Below, in pieces: positions 7,503 to 9,215 of a stretch of 9,215 bases of DNA (positions are counted from its first letter, which is position 1; each line of letters begins with the position of its first letter). The position numbers were made by a program, and so were the translations under genes. The notes below the pieces were generated by a model. That model saw only the letters and a program-made list of their open reading frames with translations. It was not told the DNA's origin and searched no databases. This stretch comes from Paraspadella gotoi (lineage: Eukaryota > Animalia > Chaetognatha). The DNA is taken from contig JBJCIZ010000801.1 in assembly GCA_051294375.1 (NCBI GenBank), positions 1 through 9,215 on the forward strand, read 5' to 3'.

Positions 7503-7659
7503 ATGTAAACTTTTTTCAGCGCAAAAACGAATTGATTTGTAAAAACAAATATTTTCACAGACTTTTAATTTGAAGAAGAGATGATAGAGACGAAAAAGCA
7601 GTCTGAAAAATGTTTGTTTTCACCAATCAATTCGTTTTTGCGCTAGGAAAGTCTTACAT
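7503..7659. mobile_element. Foldback element / putative MITE with ~60-bp imperfect inverted arms and a 36-bp spacer
   Basis: Left arm 7503-7563 is ATGTAAACTTTTTTCAGCGCAAAAACGAATTGATTTGTAAAAACAAATATTTTCACAGACT. The reverse complement of right arm 7600-7659 is ATGTAAGACTTTCCTAGCGCAAAAACGAATTGATTGGTGAAAACAAACATTTTTCAGACT. There is a perfect 20-bp core (7518-7537 / 7625-7644). The inverted repeat is certain; MITE identity is inferred and no clear TSD is visible. Confidence 0.65.
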
Positions 7660-8106
7660 AAAGCTGAAATTTATGTGTATGGGGTGTCGGCGTCGCCGTA
7701 GGGGGAGACGGCCCCTCAACGTCCGACGATTGTGGAATGAAAATAATCTTGGTTAAGTTTCCAAATTCGCGACGGGAAAGTCGCGACGACGGGATAATTT
7801 GAAGAAGAAGGGAAAAGGTGGCTGAGGCTATCTGCGGTTATTTTAATTAACGTTTGATTTAATTTGTAAATTCTTTATGGCTCAAGATTACCGACGATCG
7901 AAACCGGTTATTAAACAGTTTATTTACCTTTTTTAATGAAATTTTATTGTTTATTGGCATTGTTTACAAAAAATTTGAAATGCTTTTATAAACTTGTCAG
8001 TTTTTAACTTCGATAAATAAACAACTTTGGGAACCTATCAACAGTCCGCCCATTTGTAAATAAGCATGAAAGCAGAGGCAACTTAAACATTGTTTCTTTA
8101 TAAAAC

Positions 8107-8120
8107 TTGTTTATAAACAA
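8107..8120. repeat. 14-bp perfect palindrome
   Basis: TTGTTTATAAACAA equals its own reverse complement. Confidence 0.8.
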
Positions 8121-8315
8121 TTCATTTTCTACCTCAAACATAAAAAAAAAACAATTAAAATAAATTTTAAAAAAATATTATATAATTATAAAATTTGTAT
8201 TTCTGAGCCAAAAAAATGTATATTGCGCAAACTATGACTTGACGCTAGAGGGAAAACATTAAATGGATAAACAAAGCACCGACCGGTAGTAGCTAAAGTT
8301 GGTTGCAGACGTCGA

Positions 8316-8325
8316 NNNNNNNNNN
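8316..8325. other. Assembly gap (10 N)
   Basis: Run of N. Confidence 1.
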
Positions 8326-8373
8326 TACCCAAATAATTGATAAGCGACATGTATTAAGTAGTATAAATGGTCC

Positions 8374-8389
8374 GAGAGAGAGAGAGAGA
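8374..8389 (+). repeat. (GA)8 microsatellite
   Basis: Eight consecutive GA units. Confidence 0.95.
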
Positions 8390-8533
8390 TACTACAGTTT
8401 TCGCGAATTATTTTTTTTCACGTTGAATTTGCTGATGGTCTATGACGCACGGTATGTCGTCAGGCATGATGATGCCCCAAATTGACGAGGACAGGAGAGG
8501 CGATCGCCGCGGTAAAGTGATCCGACACTCCCA

Positions 8534-8558
8534 ATCGCATCGCATCGCATCGCATCGC
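8534..8558 (+). repeat. (ATCGC)5 perfect pentanucleotide microsatellite
   Basis: Five consecutive exact ATCGC units. Confidence 0.95.
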
Positions 8559-8610
8559 GTGCCGTCATTCGAAGTGGCGGAATTCGATGAGACTCTAAAA
8601 AAGTTTAAAA

Positions 8611-8630
8611 TAATGCTAAATAATGCTAAA
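8611..8630 (+). repeat. (TAATGCTAAA)2 tandem duplication
   Basis: TAATGCTAAA TAATGCTAAA. Confidence 0.85.
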
Positions 8631-8688
8631 TTATTTTTTTAGGAGAAGACAAGTTGGTGAGAGAGCAGAGAGGGAGAGAGATGTAAAG

Positions 8689-8895
8689 NNNNNNNNNNNN
8701 NNNNNNNNNNNNNNNNNNNNNNNNNNNNNNNNNNNNNNNNNNNNNNNNNNNNNNNNNNNNNNNNNNNNNNNNNNNNNNNNNNNNNNNNNNNNNNNNNNNN
8801 NNNNNNNNNNNNNNNNNNNNNNNNNNNNNNNNNNNNNNNNNNNNNNNNNNNNNNNNNNNNNNNNNNNNNNNNNNNNNNNNNNNNNNNNNNNNNNN
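8689..8895. other. Assembly gap (207 N)
   Basis: Run of N preceded by GA-rich sequence and followed by GAGAAA. Confidence 1.
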
Positions 8896-9066
8896 GAGAA
8901 AAAATTAATTCCCTTTCCGTGGGAGGAATTTTGCCGGCCATGGCGCACCCGCATATGGACGTGCTTTCCCAAGAATAAATGTTTATAATTTCTCTTGTGA
9001 GGTCATCGAAGAGCGCAAAATCCACCCACCGTCCTCCTTCCTATAAAATATACCCAATTAAATTAA

Positions 9067-9076
9067 NNNNNNNNNN
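9067..9076. other. Assembly gap (10 N)
   Basis: Run of N. Confidence 1.
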
Positions 9077-9215
9077 TGAATTTTGTGAAATATCCTTTTA
9101 TTTCACACCTGTAAATCTAGCGCTCAAATGTTGCCCATCCCGTGTAAGTTTGACAAGGGCAGAAGAGGAATTAAACAGGAGTTAAGAAAGTATTAATCAC
9201 TTTATTATAACGTTA

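Noticed and set aside
8303-9185. ORFs spanning N runs
   Set aside because: Their length is an artefact of N codons containing no stops.

Overview
This window looks like eukaryotic, AT-rich, non-coding DNA (intronic or intergenic) from a draft assembly with three N gaps. Abundant (GA)n/(CT)n tracts, plentiful CpG and a TTAGG-like repeat suggest an arthropod, probably an insect (inference). I can support no protein-coding gene, RNA gene or CRISPR array; the listed ORFs arise from microsatellites, N runs or chance. The best-supported structures are a ~157-bp foldback element with ~60-bp inverted arms (7503-7659, MITE- or hairpin-like) and a ~28-unit CpG-dense, quasi-palindromic (GATCGAGC)n array (4273-4508) whose copies differ almost only by indels. 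There are also several polypurine/polypyrimidine microsatellites, including an opposed (GA)n/(CT)n pair around a CpG-rich core. Weaker signals are a possible LINE reverse-transcriptase relic, a possible LTR-like composite, a 17-bp direct repeat 300 bp apart and clusters of developmental transcription-factor motifs. The sequence alone does not demonstrate a new biological system.
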